DNA from: an uncultured Actinomycetes bacterium | GTDB taxonomy: Bacteria; Actinomycetota; Thermoleophilia; Gaiellales; Gaiellaceae | Direction: 5' to 3' | Length of the DNA stretch: 64,000 bases | Assembly (NCBI GenBank): GCA_963724675.1 | Contig: CAVRVP010000002.1 | Span: 340,776-404,775 of the forward strand | Shown here: piece after piece, positions 38,469 through 49,262 of the stretch | Layout of the letters: the number at the start of each line of letters is the position of its first letter | Numbering within the stretch: position 1 is the stretch's first letter | The notes under the pieces: generated by a model | Told to the model about the DNA's origin: nothing | Databases searched by the model: none | The model's input: only the letters and a program-made list of their open reading frames with translations | Program-made: the position numbers and the translations under genes

Positions 38469-39433
38469 GAATCTACCGCCGGTTGTCTGAGCCGGACTCC
38501 TCGGCGTGGAGCACGGTACGCCTCGACGATCCGCTGGACGATCTTGTGACGCACGACGTCCTCGTGGCCGAAGCGGACGAAGGCGATCCCTTCGATCACG
38601 CCGAGGATGCCCTCGACCGTCAGGAGGCCGGAGCCCTGCTCGCGCGGCAGGTCGATCTGCGTCGCGTCGCCGGTCACCACCACCTTCGAGCCGAAGCCGA
38701 GCCGGGTGAGGAACATCTGCATTTGCTCCGGGCTCGTGTTCTGCGCCTCGTCGAGGATGATGAACGAGTCGTTGAGCGTGCGCCCGCGCATGAACGCGAG
38801 CGGCGCAACCTCGATCGAGCCCTTGTCCATGTACGCGGTCAGCCGGTCCGCGTCGAGCATGTCGTACAGCGCGTCGTAGAGCGGCCGCAGGTAGGGGTCG
38901 ACCTTCGCAAGGATGTCGCCGGGGAGAAAGCCGAGCCGCTCGCCCGCCTCGACGGCCGGGCGCGTGAGGATGATCCGGCCGACCTCGCGCTCCTGGAGCG
39001 CACGCACGGCGAGCGCCATCGCGAGGTACGTCTTGCCGGTGCCGGCGGGCCCGATCCCGAACGTGATCGTGTGGTCTCGGATCGCGTCCACGTATCGCTT
39101 CTGGTTGACCGTCTTCGGCGCGATCTTCTTGCCGCGATGGCGCCACACGACGTCGTCGAACACGTCGCGGATGTCCGCCGCCTGGTCGAGTGCGCCGAGC
39201 ACGGCGTCCACCGTGCTCGGGCCGATCTCGTGGCCTCCCTCGACGAGGTCGACGAGCTCGTCGACCACCACCTTCGCCTCCGCGACGCGGTCGTCGTCGC
39301 CGTCGAGCGTCAGGCGGTTGCCGCGCAGGTGGATCGAGCAGCCGAGCCGGTCGCGGAGCGAGTCGATGACACCGTCGGAGACGCCGGCCAGCTCCGCGGC
39401 GACGTCGTTCGAGACGGTGAGGACCTCCTGCAT
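38447..39433 (-). CDS. phoH: PhoH-family ATPase
   Basis: Met19 of track ORF 38447..39487. Motifs: GPAGTGKTYLAMA, FIILDEAQN, VVVTGDATQIDLP. Confidence 0.9.
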   Translation of the reverse strand: MQEVLTVSNDVAAELAGVSDGVIDSLRDRLGCSIHLRGNRLTLDGDDDRVAEAKVVVDELVDLVEGGHEIGPSTVDAVLGALDQAADIRDVFDDVVWRHRGKKIAPKTVNQKRYVDAIRDHTITFGIGPAGTGKTYLAMALAVRALQEREVGRIILTRPAVEAGERLGFLPGDILAKVDPYLRPLYDALYDMLDADRLTAYMDKGSIEVAPLAFMRGRTLNDSFIILDEAQNTSPEQMQMFLTRLGFGSKVVVTGDATQIDLPREQGSGLLTVEGILGVIEGIAFVRFGHEDVVRHKIVQRIVEAYRAPRRGVRLRQPAVDSCSWSRS

Positions 39434-39437
39434 CGCC

Positions 39438-39884
39438 TCAGGCGAGCTTCTCGCGGACGAGCTGGCTGACGACGGAGCCGTCGGCACGGCCGGCGATCTG
39501 CGGCATCACGTCCGCCATCACGCGACCGAGGTCGCGCATGCTCGTCGCACCCACCTCCGCGATCGCATCGTCGACGATCTGCTCGAGCTCGTCTTCCGAC
39601 AGCGGCTCCGGCATGAACTCCTCGAGGACGACGAGCTCGCCCTCCTCCTGCTCCGCCTGTGCTTCGCGACCGCCGGCGCGGAACGCCTCGATCGCCTCTT
39701 GTCGCCGCTTCCGCTCGCGCTGGAGCACCTGCAGCTCCTCATCGTCGGACAGGGGCCGCTGAAGATCCTTCTCCGCCGTCCGCAACGCGTTGAGGAGGAG
39801 GCGCAGGGTGTCGCGCCGGTCGGCGTCCTTCTCCTTCATCGCTGTCGTGAGGTCGTCCTCCATGCGCGCGATCAGCGAGCTCAT
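39438..39884 (-). CDS. yqeY: GatB/YqeY domain protein
   Basis: Intact track ORF of 148 aa. Motifs: LTTAMKEKD, LRLLLNAL, G.MRDLGRVMADVMP. Confidence 0.8.
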   Translation of the reverse strand: MSSLIARMEDDLTTAMKEKDADRRDTLRLLLNALRTAEKDLQRPLSDDEELQVLQRERKRRQEAIEAFRAGGREAQAEQEEGELVVLEEFMPEPLSEDELEQIVDDAIAEVGATSMRDLGRVMADVMPQIAGRADGSVVSQLVREKLA

Positions 39885-40213
39885 CCCATCCCTCCGAGCG
39901 AGCGGCCGCCGAGGATGTGCCAGTGCAGGTGGAACACCGTCTGACCGGCCCCCGAGCCGGCGTTCACGACGACGCGGTAGTCGTCGAGCCCTTCCTGCGC
40001 TGCCGTCTCGGCGATGAAGTCGAGCATGTGCTTCGCCTCGGCAGGCTCGAAGTCGGCGATGTCGCGAAAGGTGTCGACGTGGCGCTCGGGGATGACGAGG
40101 AGGTGCGAAGGCGCCCGCGGCGCGATGTCGCGAATCGCGACGACGCCGGGGGCCGCGCGCACGTGCTCGCCCTCGCGCACGAGCCGGCAGAAGAGGCAGT
40201 CAGGCTGCGACAA
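39881..40213 (-). CDS. Histidine triad (HIT) family protein
   Basis: Intact track ORF of 110 aa. Motifs: CLFCRL and the HIT motif HLHWHILGG. Confidence 0.85.
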   Translation of the reverse strand: MSQPDCLFCRLVREGEHVRAAPGVVAIRDIAPRAPSHLLVIPERHVDTFRDIADFEPAEAKHMLDFIAETAAQEGLDDYRVVVNAGSGAGQTVFHLHWHILGGRSLGGMG

Positions 40214-41390
40214 CGCCCTGCTCCGTCACTGCCCGCCCTCGCGCGTGGACGATCTCGCCGACGGCCCCGTCGACGAGCCACGGGACGTAATCGTCGCCGT
40301 AACCCCGGCCGGGGCGGTCGACGAGCACGTCGTCGTGCTCTCCCACCTTCGTCAGCCAGAGCCGCCGCTGCGCGGCGTCCGAGTGCGCGCGAAGGCGCTC
40401 CGAGCGATCCTTCTTGACGGCCGGTGGCACCGGATCGCGATCGGCCGTCCGCGTTCCGGGCCGCGGCGAGTAGGGGAATACGTGCGCCCGCGAGATGCCC
40501 GTCTCCTCGACGAGCTCGAGCGTGCGGCGAAAGGCAGCCTCGTCCTCCGCGGGAAAGCCGACGATCACATCGGTTGTGACGTTGAAATCGCCGACGAGGC
40601 GAAGCCTTCGACGATACGTCGCGGCGTCGTAACGCCGTCCCATGGCCGCGAGCACGCCGTCGTCGCCCGACTGGAGCGGCACGTGAAGGTGGCGCGACAC
40701 GCTCGGCGTCTCCCGGAGCGCAGCGGCGAGGTTCTCGGTGAGGTGATTCACCTCGATCGAGGACAGTCGCAGCCGACGAAGGCCCGGCGTCTCCCCCACC
40801 GCGCGCACGAGCGCCGGCAAGTCGATGCCTGCCTCTCGGTCGCGGTAGCAGCCGAGGTTGATCCCCGTGAGGACGACCTCGGGGTGACCCTGTTCGACGC
40901 GGCGTGCAACCTCAGCAAGCACGGCGGCCGCGCGACGGCTGCGCGAGGCCCCGCGAACGAGCGGGATCACGCAGAAGGCGCAGGAGAAGCTGCAGCCGTC
41001 CTGGACCTTGACGAACGCGCGCACCCGGTCGAGGCGAGCGTCGTCGCGCACACAGCCGATCGCGCCCACGTCGCCGGCAACGAAGGCCGGGGTCTCCTCG
41101 CTCGGGCGACGCACGACGACGACGTTGTCCGCAACGCGCGAGAACGCATCCTCCGGGAGGTTCGCCGCGCACCCCGTGACGTAGACGCGGCCGTGCGTCC
41201 GCGCCAGCCGCCCGACTGCCTTGCGCGACTTCGCAACTGCCTCGTGCGTCACACAACAGGTGCTGACGACGGCGACGTCTGCAGCGCCTTCGCGCTCCTC
41301 GTGCCCATCGGCGAGCAGGTGCTCGCGGACGGCGTGCGCGTCCACATGCGAGACCTTGCAGCCGAGAAAGCCGATCGAGAACGTTGCCAC
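40200..41390 (-). CDS. mtaB: Radical SAM methylthiotransferase, MtaB/MiaB-like
   Basis: Starts at the GTG at 41390 (VATFSIGFLGCKV). The radical SAM cluster is QDGCSFSCAFCVIP and a TRAM-like C-terminus follows. Confidence 0.8.
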   Translation of the reverse strand: MATFSIGFLGCKVSHVDAHAVREHLLADGHEEREGAADVAVVSTCCVTHEAVAKSRKAVGRLARTHGRVYVTGCAANLPEDAFSRVADNVVVVRRPSEETPAFVAGDVGAIGCVRDDARLDRVRAFVKVQDGCSFSCAFCVIPLVRGASRSRRAAAVLAEVARRVEQGHPEVVLTGINLGCYRDREAGIDLPALVRAVGETPGLRRLRLSSIEVNHLTENLAAALRETPSVSRHLHVPLQSGDDGVLAAMGRRYDAATYRRRLRLVGDFNVTTDVIVGFPAEDEAAFRRTLELVEETGISRAHVFPYSPRPGTRTADRDPVPPAVKKDRSERLRAHSDAAQRRLWLTKVGEHDDVLVDRPGRGYGDDYVPWLVDGAVGEIVHARGRAVTEQGVVAA

Positions 41391-41400
41391 CCGCGGAACC

Positions 41401-42173
41401 TTACTCCGCCTCGGATCGCCAGAGATCTGCGGCCCAGCCAGCGGCCGTCCGGCGGGTCTCGTGCGCCCAACCCGCGAGCGGGGTCGCATCCGACTCGAGA
41501 TAGCCCGAGGTGATCAGCTTCCTGGCCCGGAGGCGCGATGCGAGATCGACGACGTCGTCTCGCGTGACGTTCGCGACCACGGCGTCGAACCGGTCGAGCG
41601 GCACCGAGCCGAGGTCGCCGAGCCGCACGTCGACGGGGACCCCGTTGGCCCTGTGCGTTGGCAACCGTGGCTTCGACGGCCGCAGGATCGTTGTCGACGG
41701 CGATGACGGGCGCGTGGCCGAGCCTCGCACCCGCGATGGCGAGGACGCCGGACCCGCAGCCGGCGTCGAGCAGTGAGCCGGGCGGAAGGTCGGCCAGCAG
41801 CTCGAGGCAGAGCCGCGTCGTGGCGTGCGCTCCCGTGCCGAACGCGCGACCAGGGTCGATGACGACTGCCGGCACGCCGGCGGGCGCGCTCTCCCAGGGC
41901 GGGCCAACCCAGAGCGGGCCGACGCGCACGCCCCGGTGGAACGCGCGCCAGTTCTCGGCCCAGCCGTCGTCGACGGGCTCGGTCACGACCTCGCCGAATG
42001 CGGTGCGCAGCGCCACGACCCGCTCCTCTGTCCCATAGGCGACGAGCGTCACCCCGCCCGCAGTCGGGAGCTCCTCGAAGCCTTCCGGGAAGAGATCGAG
42101 GAGCGTTGCCGCGCGCCTCCTCCGCTCTCTCGTCCGCGGCGAAGAACGACGCACGCAGGATGGTCAGCGGAAT
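41401..42173 (-). CDS. prmA: Ribosomal protein L11 methyltransferase; frame broken twice (near 42105 and 41653), start not resolved
   Basis: Motifs: LDLFPEGFEE, GRAFGTGAHATT, LDAGCGSGVLAI, IAVDNDPAAV. The C-terminus is in track ORF 41401..41907. The first codons (LTILRASFFAADERAEEAR) are in a third frame abutting the dnaJ stop, with no canonical start. Confidence 0.7.
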
Positions 42174-43279
42174 CGCGCCTTCAGCCGGTCTACGAACCCT
42201 TCGTCGCTCGCGTACGTGTGCTCGTCCTCGCTGCCCTGGAGCTCCTCGAGCAGCCGCCGCTGCTCGGCCGAAAGCCTGCGCGGCACGAGGACGTTGACGA
42301 GTACCCGATGGTCGCCGCGGCCCGATCCCTGGAGCACCGGCATGCCCTTGCCGCGCAGGACGCGCACGTCGCCCGGCTGGATGCCTTCCTCGAGCTCGAG
42401 CTCGACCTCGCCGTCGATGGTCGGCACGGTGAGCGTCACGCCGAGTGCCGCCTGCGTCAGCGTCAGGTCGACGGACGAATACACGTCGTTGCCGTCGCGT
42501 ACGAACCGCGGATCGGGCCGGACGTGCACGAGCACGTAGACGTCGCCGGCCGTCGCTCCGGGCTCACCCGCATGCCCTTCGCCCGGGAGCCGGATCCGCT
42601 GGCCGTCGTGGATGCCGGGTGGCACATGAACGTCGACCGTTCGCTCCTCCACGATCTGGCCGGAGCCGCGGCAGCTCGGGCAAGGCCGTTCGATCACCGA
42701 GCCAGCCCCCGCGCACTGCGGGCAGGTCTGCGTCCGCACGAACTCGCCGAACGCCGTTCGAGAGACGCGCCGGAGCTGCCCTGCGCCTGAGCACGTGGGA
42801 CACGTGACGGGGCTCGTACCGGGCTCGGCGCCGGAGCCGTCGCATTCGCCACACGCGACGGCGACGTGGAACGCGAGCGGGACGACGGCGCCGCGCGCAG
42901 CGTCGACGAGCTCGATCTCGATCTCTGCACCCGTGTCGGCCCCACGACGGCTGCGCCGTGCCTGTCCCGCGAACAGGTCATCACCGAAGAACGCCGAGAA
43001 GAGGTCGCTGAGGTTTCCGAGGTCGAAGGCCGTCGGAGCGAATCCGCCGTTACGCAGTCCCGCGTGCCCGAAGCGGTCGTAGAGCTCACGCCGCTCAGAG
43101 CTGGACAGCACCTCGTACGCCTCGACGAGCTCCTTGAACTGCTCGTCGGCGTCGGGCGCGTCCGAGACGTCCGGATGACGCTCCCGCGCGAGTCGCCGGA
43201 AGGCCTTCTTGATCTCTGTCTCGTCGGCATCGCGCGCGACGCCGAGCAGCTCGTAGTAGTCGTGCTCGATCGCGGCCAT
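42164..43279 (-). CDS. dnaJ: Molecular chaperone DnaJ
   Basis: Last 371 codons of track ORF 42164..44359. J domain: DYYELLGV..HPD. Four CxxCxGxG zinc motifs. Confidence 0.9.
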   Translation of the reverse strand: MAAIEHDYYELLGVARDADETEIKKAFRRLARERHPDVSDAPDADEQFKELVEAYEVLSSSERRELYDRFGHAGLRNGGFAPTAFDLGNLSDLFSAFFGDDLFAGQARRSRRGADTGAEIEIELVDAARGAVVPLAFHVAVACGECDGSGAEPGTSPVTCPTCSGAGQLRRVSRTAFGEFVRTQTCPQCAGAGSVIERPCPSCRGSGQIVEERTVDVHVPPGIHDGQRIRLPGEGHAGEPGATAGDVYVLVHVRPDPRFVRDGNDVYSSVDLTLTQAALGVTLTVPTIDGEVELELEEGIQPGDVRVLRGKGMPVLQGSGRGDHRVLVNVLVPRRLSAEQRRLLEELQGSEDEHTYASDEGFVDRLKARFR

Positions 43280-44311
43280 CAGTCGGTCTCGAAGACGTCC
43301 TCGGAGAAGCGTGACAGCTCCGAGGCGGCGGACCGCACCGTGCGAATCGCCTTCTCGTAGTCCATCCGAAGCGGGCCGAGCAGGCTCACCGTGCCGAGCG
43401 TCCGGTGCGCGACGCCGTACGTCGCGCCCACGAGCGAAAGCCGCTGGAGCGCGGGGTTCCCGAGCTCGTCGCCGACCCGCACGTAGGGGCGCCCCGCGTC
43501 GAGCGCTCCGGCGAGGACATCGAGCAGCGCACGGCGGCGTTCGAGCAGGGCGAGCAGCCCGCGGTAGGCGCGAAGCTCGTCGGCGGACATCTCGTCGATC
43601 AGGCCCGCGGCACCGCCCACGAAGACGCGCTGCTCCTCCTCTCCCCGGTCGGTGAGAGCTCCGGCGAGTGTCGCGAGGAACGATCGCTCCATGTGCGAGA
43701 GGCTGGGATCGTCGACGCGCTGGCGGAGGACGCGCGATCCGAGACGCAGGCCCCCGAGCTGCTCGTTGAGGTACACGCCCGCCCACTCGACGAGGCCGGG
43801 ATCCACGGGAGCGTCGAATGTGAACAGACCGCTTCGTCACCGAGCCGGATGACGCGATCACCACGACGACGACAACGTGCGGCTGGAGCAGCAGGACCTC
43901 GATACGGCGGACAGTCACACTCTCGAGCGGCGGCGCAGAGACGAGCGCGAGCAGATGCGTCACCTGCGAGAGCATGTCGGTCGTCGACTGGAGCGCAGCC
44001 TCGATCTCGCTCTGCGCGTCGCGAAGGTCGAGCGGAAACGACGGCGGCCGCGGCTCGAGGCGCTCCAGCAGCCGGTCCGCGTAGTACCGGTATCCCTGCT
44101 CGGTGGGCACACGGCCCGCCGACGTGTGCGGATGCGTGAGCAGGCCGAGGCCCTCGAGCTCGGCGAGCTCGTTCCGCACGGTCGACGGTGAGACGCCGAA
44201 CTCGGACCGCTCGACGAGGTTCTTCGATCCGACGGGAGCGCCCGTCGCGATGTACTCCTCGACCACGCGGCGGAGGATCTCGCCCTGCCGTTGGGTGAGC
44301 TGGGTATCCAT
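43279..44311 (-). CDS. hrcA: Heat-inducible transcription repressor HrcA; frame broken near 43828
   Basis: The N-terminus (MDTQLTQRQGEILRRVVEEYIATGAPVGSKNL..STVRNELAELE) is in the 42164..44359 frame. The C-terminus is in track ORF 43279..43806 (LGPLRMDYEKAI). Confidence 0.85.
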
Positions 44312-44330
44312 CAGGCTTCTGAAGGAAAGC

Positions 44331-45443
44331 TTAGGCAACAAGCTCGGCCGTGACGCCACCGCCGAGCCTGCGCCCGCGCGGCGTCAGCCGCACGGCCCCG
44401 TCGACCCGCACGAGAAGCCGGTGTCCCTCGAGCCGCTCGAGCGCGTCGAGATCGACCACGTCGACGACCGTCGCGAGCGGCAGCGGCTCGTCGAGCCGCA
44501 AGCCGAGCATGAGTCGCTCGAACGACTGTGTCGCGGCGTCGAGGATCTCCGTCTCGCGCGGCGGACGCTCGCCCTGGGTCAGCGCATCGACGTACCCGCG
44601 AAGGCTCGGGCGATTTCGACGCCGCACGCCGCGGATGGTCGAGACCGCGCCGATGCCGATGCCGAGGTAGTCGTGTCCTCGCCAGACCGCGAGGTTGTGC
44701 TGCGCTCTGAGATCGCGCCCGCCGGCCGAGGCGTGCTCGCGGCAGAAGTTCGCCGTCTCGTACCAGCGGTACCCGTGACCTTCGAGCACCTCCACGACCG
44801 TCTCGAAGTACCCCTCCATCGCCGCCGCCTGCTCGGTGAGCTCCACCCCGTGCGCATGGGTGAATCGCGTGCCCGGCTTGGCCTCGAGCTCGTAGCACGA
44901 GAGATGCTCGGGCTCGAGCGCGACGGCTTCGGTGAGGTCGCGGCCGAGATCGGCGGGGCTCTGTCCCGGGATGCCGTAGATGAGGTCGAGTGAGATGTTG
45001 TCAATATTGGCATCACGCAGATGATGCACGGCGCGTCGGACGTCATCGGGAGCGGCACGGCGCTCGAGCGTTCGTAGGAGCTCCGGCTGAAAGCTCTGTG
45101 CTCCGAGCGAGACGCGGGTCACGCCGTGGTCTCGCAGCATCACCGCGAGCTCGGGCGTGACCGTCTCCGGGTTTGCCTCGATCGTCGTCTCCGTCGCCGG
45201 GGGAAGACTGTCGAGTAGACGTCCGAGCGCCTCCGTCTCGGTGAAGGTCGGCGTCCCGCCGCCGAGGTACACGGTCTCGAGCGGCTCGGCGAGCTCGTCC
45301 CGCTCGAGCGCGAGCTCGGCGAGGAGCGCGTCCACGTACGCGCCATGCTCCCCGTCGCGCCCGATCGCCGTGACGAAGTCGCAGTAGCCGCACCGGTGCG
45401 CGCAGAAGGGCAGGTGGACGTAGAGGTGCCTGACGGCGCTCAC
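44331..45443 (-). CDS. hemW: Radical SAM heme chaperone HemW (oxygen-independent coproporphyrinogen oxidase-like)
   Basis: Starts at the GTG at 45443, overlapping the lepA stop. Motifs: [24 protein letters not shown]. 370 codons with no frame break. Confidence 0.85.
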   Translation of the reverse strand: MSAVRHLYVHLPFCAHRCGYCDFVTAIGRDGEHGAYVDALLAELALERDELAEPLETVYLGGGTPTFTETEALGRLLDSLPPATETTIEANPETVTPELAVMLRDHGVTRVSLGAQSFQPELLRTLERRAAPDDVRRAVHHLRDANIDNISLDLIYGIPGQSPADLGRDLTEAVALEPEHLSCYELEAKPGTRFTHAHGVELTEQAAAMEGYFETVVEVLEGHGYRWYETANFCREHASAGGRDLRAQHNLAVWRGHDYLGIGIGAVSTIRGVRRRNRPSLRGYVDALTQGERPPRETEILDAATQSFERLMLGLRLDEPLPLATVVDVVDLDALERLEGHRLLVRVDGAVRLTPRGRRLGGGVTAELVA

Positions 45444-47229
45444 TTCTTTCCCCCGTCGAGATTGAGGACGGCGAGGAAAGCCTCTTGCGGCACCTCGACG
45501 GAGCCGACCTGCTTCATCCGCTTCTTCCCCGCCTTCTGCTTCTCGAGCAGCTTGCGCTTGCGGGTGACGTCGCCGCCGTAGCACTTCGCCAGCACGTCCT
45601 TCCGCTTCGCCTTGATCGTCTCCCGCGCGATCACGCGCGACCCGATCGCCGCCTGGACGGCGACGTCGAAGTGCTGGCGGGGGATCTCCTCCCGCAAACG
45701 GTCGACGAGCGCCCGGCCGCGCGCATACGCCGCGTCGCGGTGCGCGACGAGCGACAACGCGTCGACCGGCTCGCCCGCGATGAGGACGTCGACGCGGACG
45801 AGCGCGCCCGCCCGGAAGCCGGCGAAGTCGTAGTCGAAGCTCGCGTAGCCGCGCGTCCGCGACTTCAGCTGGTCGTAGTAGTCGAGCACGATCTCGCCGA
45901 GCGGCAGGTCGTAGAGCAGAAGGACGCGGTCCTCGGACAGGTACTCCATGTGGTCGAAGCTCCCCCGGCGCTCGTTCGAGAGCTCCATCACAGGCCCGAC
46001 GTACTCCTTCGGGACGATGATCGACGCGCGGACGTACGGCTCCTCGACCTGCTCGAGCTCGCGCGGCATCTCCGACGGGTTGTGCACCTCGATCTCCTCG
46101 CCCGTCCGCGTCTCGACGCGATAGGCGACGTTCGGCGCCGTCACGAGCAGGTCGAGGTCGAACTCGCGCTCGAGCCGCTCGCGGACGATCTCCATGTGCA
46201 GCAGCCCGAGGAAACCGCAGCGAAACCCGAAGCCGAGCGCCTGTGACGTCTCTGGCTCGTAGAAGAGTGACGCGTCGTTGAGCTTGAGGCGCTCGAGCGC
46301 GTCGCGCAGCTCCGGATACTGGTCGGAGTCCGTCGGGAACAGTCCGGCGAAGACCATCGGCTTGACGTCCTTGTAGCCCGGCAGCGCCTCGGACGCGCCA
46401 GCGCGCGCCGTCGTGAGCGTGTCGCCAACGCGCACGCGGCTCACATCCTTGAGCCCGGTGATCACGTAGCCGACCTCGCCCGCCGTCAAGCGAGGACGTC
46501 GCCGTCATCTCCGGGCCGAGGAATCCGAGCTCCTCCGCATCGAACCGCGTGCCGGCGGCCATCGCCCGCAATCGCCGCCCCGTGCGTGAGCGTTCCGTCG
46601 ACGACGCGGATGAAGGCCACCACACCCCGGTACTGGTCGTACGCCGAGTCGAAGATGAGCGCGCGCGGCGGCGCATCGGGATCCCCGGCGGGCGCCGGAA
46701 TGCGCTCGACGATCGCATCGAGAGCGTCCTCCACTCCTTGCCCGGTCTTGGCGGAGATGCGGAGGACGTGGTCGGGCGTGTCACCGACGAGCTCCGCCAC
46801 CTCGGTCGCGATCTCGTCGGGCCGAGCCTGCTGGAGGTCGATCTTGTTGAGTGCGGGGACGATCTCGAGGTTGTTCTCGATCGCGAGATACGCGTTCGCG
46901 AGCGTCTGTGCCTGGATGCCCTGCGATGCATCGACGACGAGCAGCGCCCCCTCGCACGCGGCGAGCGAGCGCGACACCTCGTACGTGAAGTCGACGTGCC
47001 CCGGCGTGTCGATGAGGTTGAGCTGGACGCCCTTCCACAGGACGCGAACGGCCTGGGCCTTGATCGTGATGCCGCGCTCGCGCTCGAGATCCATCGTGTC
47101 GAGCAGCTGCTCGCGCATCTCGCGTCCCGTGACCGTGTCCGTCAGCTCGAGTATGCGATCGGCGAGCGTCGACTTGCCATGGTCGATGTGCGCGATGATC
47201 GAGAAGTTGCGGATACGGCTCTGGTCCAT
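45440..47229 (-). CDS. lepA: Translation elongation factor 4 (LepA); frame broken twice (near 46570 and 46495)
   Basis: Track ORF 46486..47229 carries [17 protein letters not shown] and NKID. A 25-codon middle piece ([24 protein letters not shown]) is in the 44331..46931 frame. The rest is in 45440..46489. Each shift is explained by one extra base. Confidence 0.85.
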
Positions 47230-47232
47230 GGG

Positions 47233-48844
47233 TTAGCGGGCCTGGCGGCCTCGCATCAACGCTAGCAGCGGCCTGAGCTCATGCACGCGGAGCACCCAGC
47301 ACGCACCCATGTAGGCCACACCGCCCGCGACGAGCGCGATGCAGACCGCGACGAGTTGCGCGACGAAGGAGTCGCCGAAGGCGTCGTCGAGCCCCCACCA
47401 GACGCCGTACGACACGGCCGCGAGGACGATCGAGGCCAGCGTGATCAGGACGAACGCGCGGCTCGTCGCCCGCAGGTCGAGTCGGCCCAGCCGGCGGCGC
47501 AGGAGCCAGACCAGGACGAGTGCGGCCGCCATGTTCGACAGCGAGATGGCGAGCGGGATGCCCCACGTGCCGACGCGGTAAAGCGGGATGTAGAGGAGCG
47601 TGTTCAGGGTGAGGTTGAACGCCGCCACCCAGGTCGGGATCCACGGCGACTGGAGCGCGAAGAACGCCCGGTTCAGCATCAGCATCATCCCGTTGAAGAC
47701 GAGCCCACACGAGAAGGCCGCGAGCGCAGCCGCCACGACGGGCGTCTGGTCGGGCGTGAACTCTCCGCGCTGGTAGAGCAGCCGCACGATCGGCTCGGCG
47801 AGGACGGCCGACGCGACGCTCGCCGGGATCAGGAGGAACGCGATCTGGCGAATGCCCGTCGCCACCGTCCTGCCGAAGGCGGGCATGTCGCCGCGCGCGG
47901 CGATGCGCGACATGGCAGGGAAGAGCACCGTCGCGACGGCGACGGAGAACATCCCCTGCGGGAGCATGTAGATGCGGAAGGCGGCATCGATCGCGCTCGG
48001 CGCGATCCGCGGATCGATGTAGCGCGAGGCGAAGAACGTGCCGATGACGGAGTTGAAGTTGATGAGGCCGAGGCCGAGCGTCACCGGCACCATCAGCACG
48101 AACGTCTGCTTGACCGCAGGGTCGCGCCAGTCGATCAGCAGGCGAAGGCGCCCGTCGAGCTTCATCAGCCACGGGACGGGCAGGAGCACCTGGATCACCG
48201 TCCCGACGAGGATCGAGCCGGCGTAGACGTAGAGCTTTGCGCTCTCCGAGTCCGCCTGGGGCACGCCGATGAACGAGGCCGGCGATGATCGCGAGATTCC
48301 AGAACACCGGCGCCAGCGCGGGCACCGAGAAGTGCTCGTAGCTGTTGAGGATGCCGACGATCACGCCCGACACGCCGAGGAGGACGACGATCGGGAAGAG
48401 GATCCGCGACAGCGTCACCGCGAGGCTGTCGTACTCGGGCGGCAGGCCGAAGGGCGCCATGATCAGCGGCGCGAGCAGCATGCAGAGCGCTGTCACGGCG
48501 GTCAGGCCGAGGAGCAGCAGCCAGAAGACCGTCGATGCGACACGCCAGGCGCGTGCCTTCTCGCCCTTCTCGAGCAGCTCGGAGAAGACCGGCACGAACG
48601 CGGCTGTCAGCGCCGCGTCTGCGACGAGCGCGCGGACGAGGTTCGGGACCTGGAACGCGACCGTGAACGCGTTGATCTCGCCCTCGACGCCGAAGTAGCG
48701 GCGCGTGACGATCTCGCGCACGAGGCCGGCGAGCCGCGACAGGCCGGTGGCGACGCCGAAGATGGCTGCGGCCGCCGACAGGCGGCGCCGGGCGGGCGCT
48801 TCGAGCTCGGCGGAGGGCTCCGGTTCGGCCGTCCCGTCGCTCAC
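47233..48844 (-). CDS. murJ: Lipid II flippase MurJ (MviN family); frame broken near 48271
   Basis: Track ORF 47279..48844 supplies the N-terminus (GLSRLAGLVREIV..GEINAFTVAFQVPNLVRAL). ORF 47233..48264 supplies the C-terminal 340 aa. Confidence 0.8.
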
Positions 48845-48924
48845 AGGCCGACCACGTTCACGGGCCGATCACGCGGCTCAGCATAGGCAGCGGCCCGGAA
48901 CGCCTGGACTGCTACCATCGTCCG

Positions 48925-48947
48925 GCCCGCTGAGCGGGCTCCTTTTT
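48925..48947 (+). promoter_or_regulatory. Hairpin plus T-run in the rpsT 5' leader
   Basis: GCCCGC-TGA-GCGGGC followed by TCCTTTTT, ending 3 nt before the rpsT ATG. The upstream gene is divergent, so this is not a gene-end terminator. Confidence 0.35.
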
Positions 48948-48950
48948 CGT

Positions 48951-49262
48951 ATGCCGAACATCCAACAGCAGAAGAAGCGCGTCCGCAGCGCCGGTCGCCA
49001 GCACGCCGAGAACATCCGCTACCGCTCGACGGTGCGGACGCTCAACCGGCGGCTCCGCGACGCCATTGCCGACGGCGACAAGGACGCGATCGAGACCGCA
49101 CATCGCGATCTCGTCCGCTGGATCGACAGGGCCGCAGCGAAGGGCGCGATCCACCGCAACACCGCCGGCCGCCGCAAGGCGCAGGCCGCCGGCGCTCGTC
49201 GCAGCCGCCTCGTAGCTAGCGCCGCTCGGCCGGCCGCGTCGCCTCGACGAGCGCGCGCGTGA
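48951..49262 (+). CDS. rpsT: 30S ribosomal protein S20; 3' end uncertain
   Basis: Met83 of track ORF 48705..49262 (MPNIQQQKKRVRSAGRQHAENIRYRS..). As read it is 103 aa and overlaps holA by 47 nt. Both other frames have TAG at about 49210-49216, which would give the usual ~87 aa. Confidence 0.8.
   Translation: MPNIQQQKKRVRSAGRQHAENIRYRSTVRTLNRRLRDAIADGDKDAIETAHRDLVRWIDRAAAKGAIHRNTAGRRKAQAAGARRSRLVASAARPAASPRRARA

Noticed and set aside
48860-48935. 24-codon ORF on the minus strand upstream of murJ (MVAVQAFRAAAYAEPRDRPVNVVGL) preceded by AAGGAG
   Set aside because: The SD-to-ATG spacing is about 20 nt. The AAGGAG is simply the complement of the rpsT leader T-run, and there are no supporting features.
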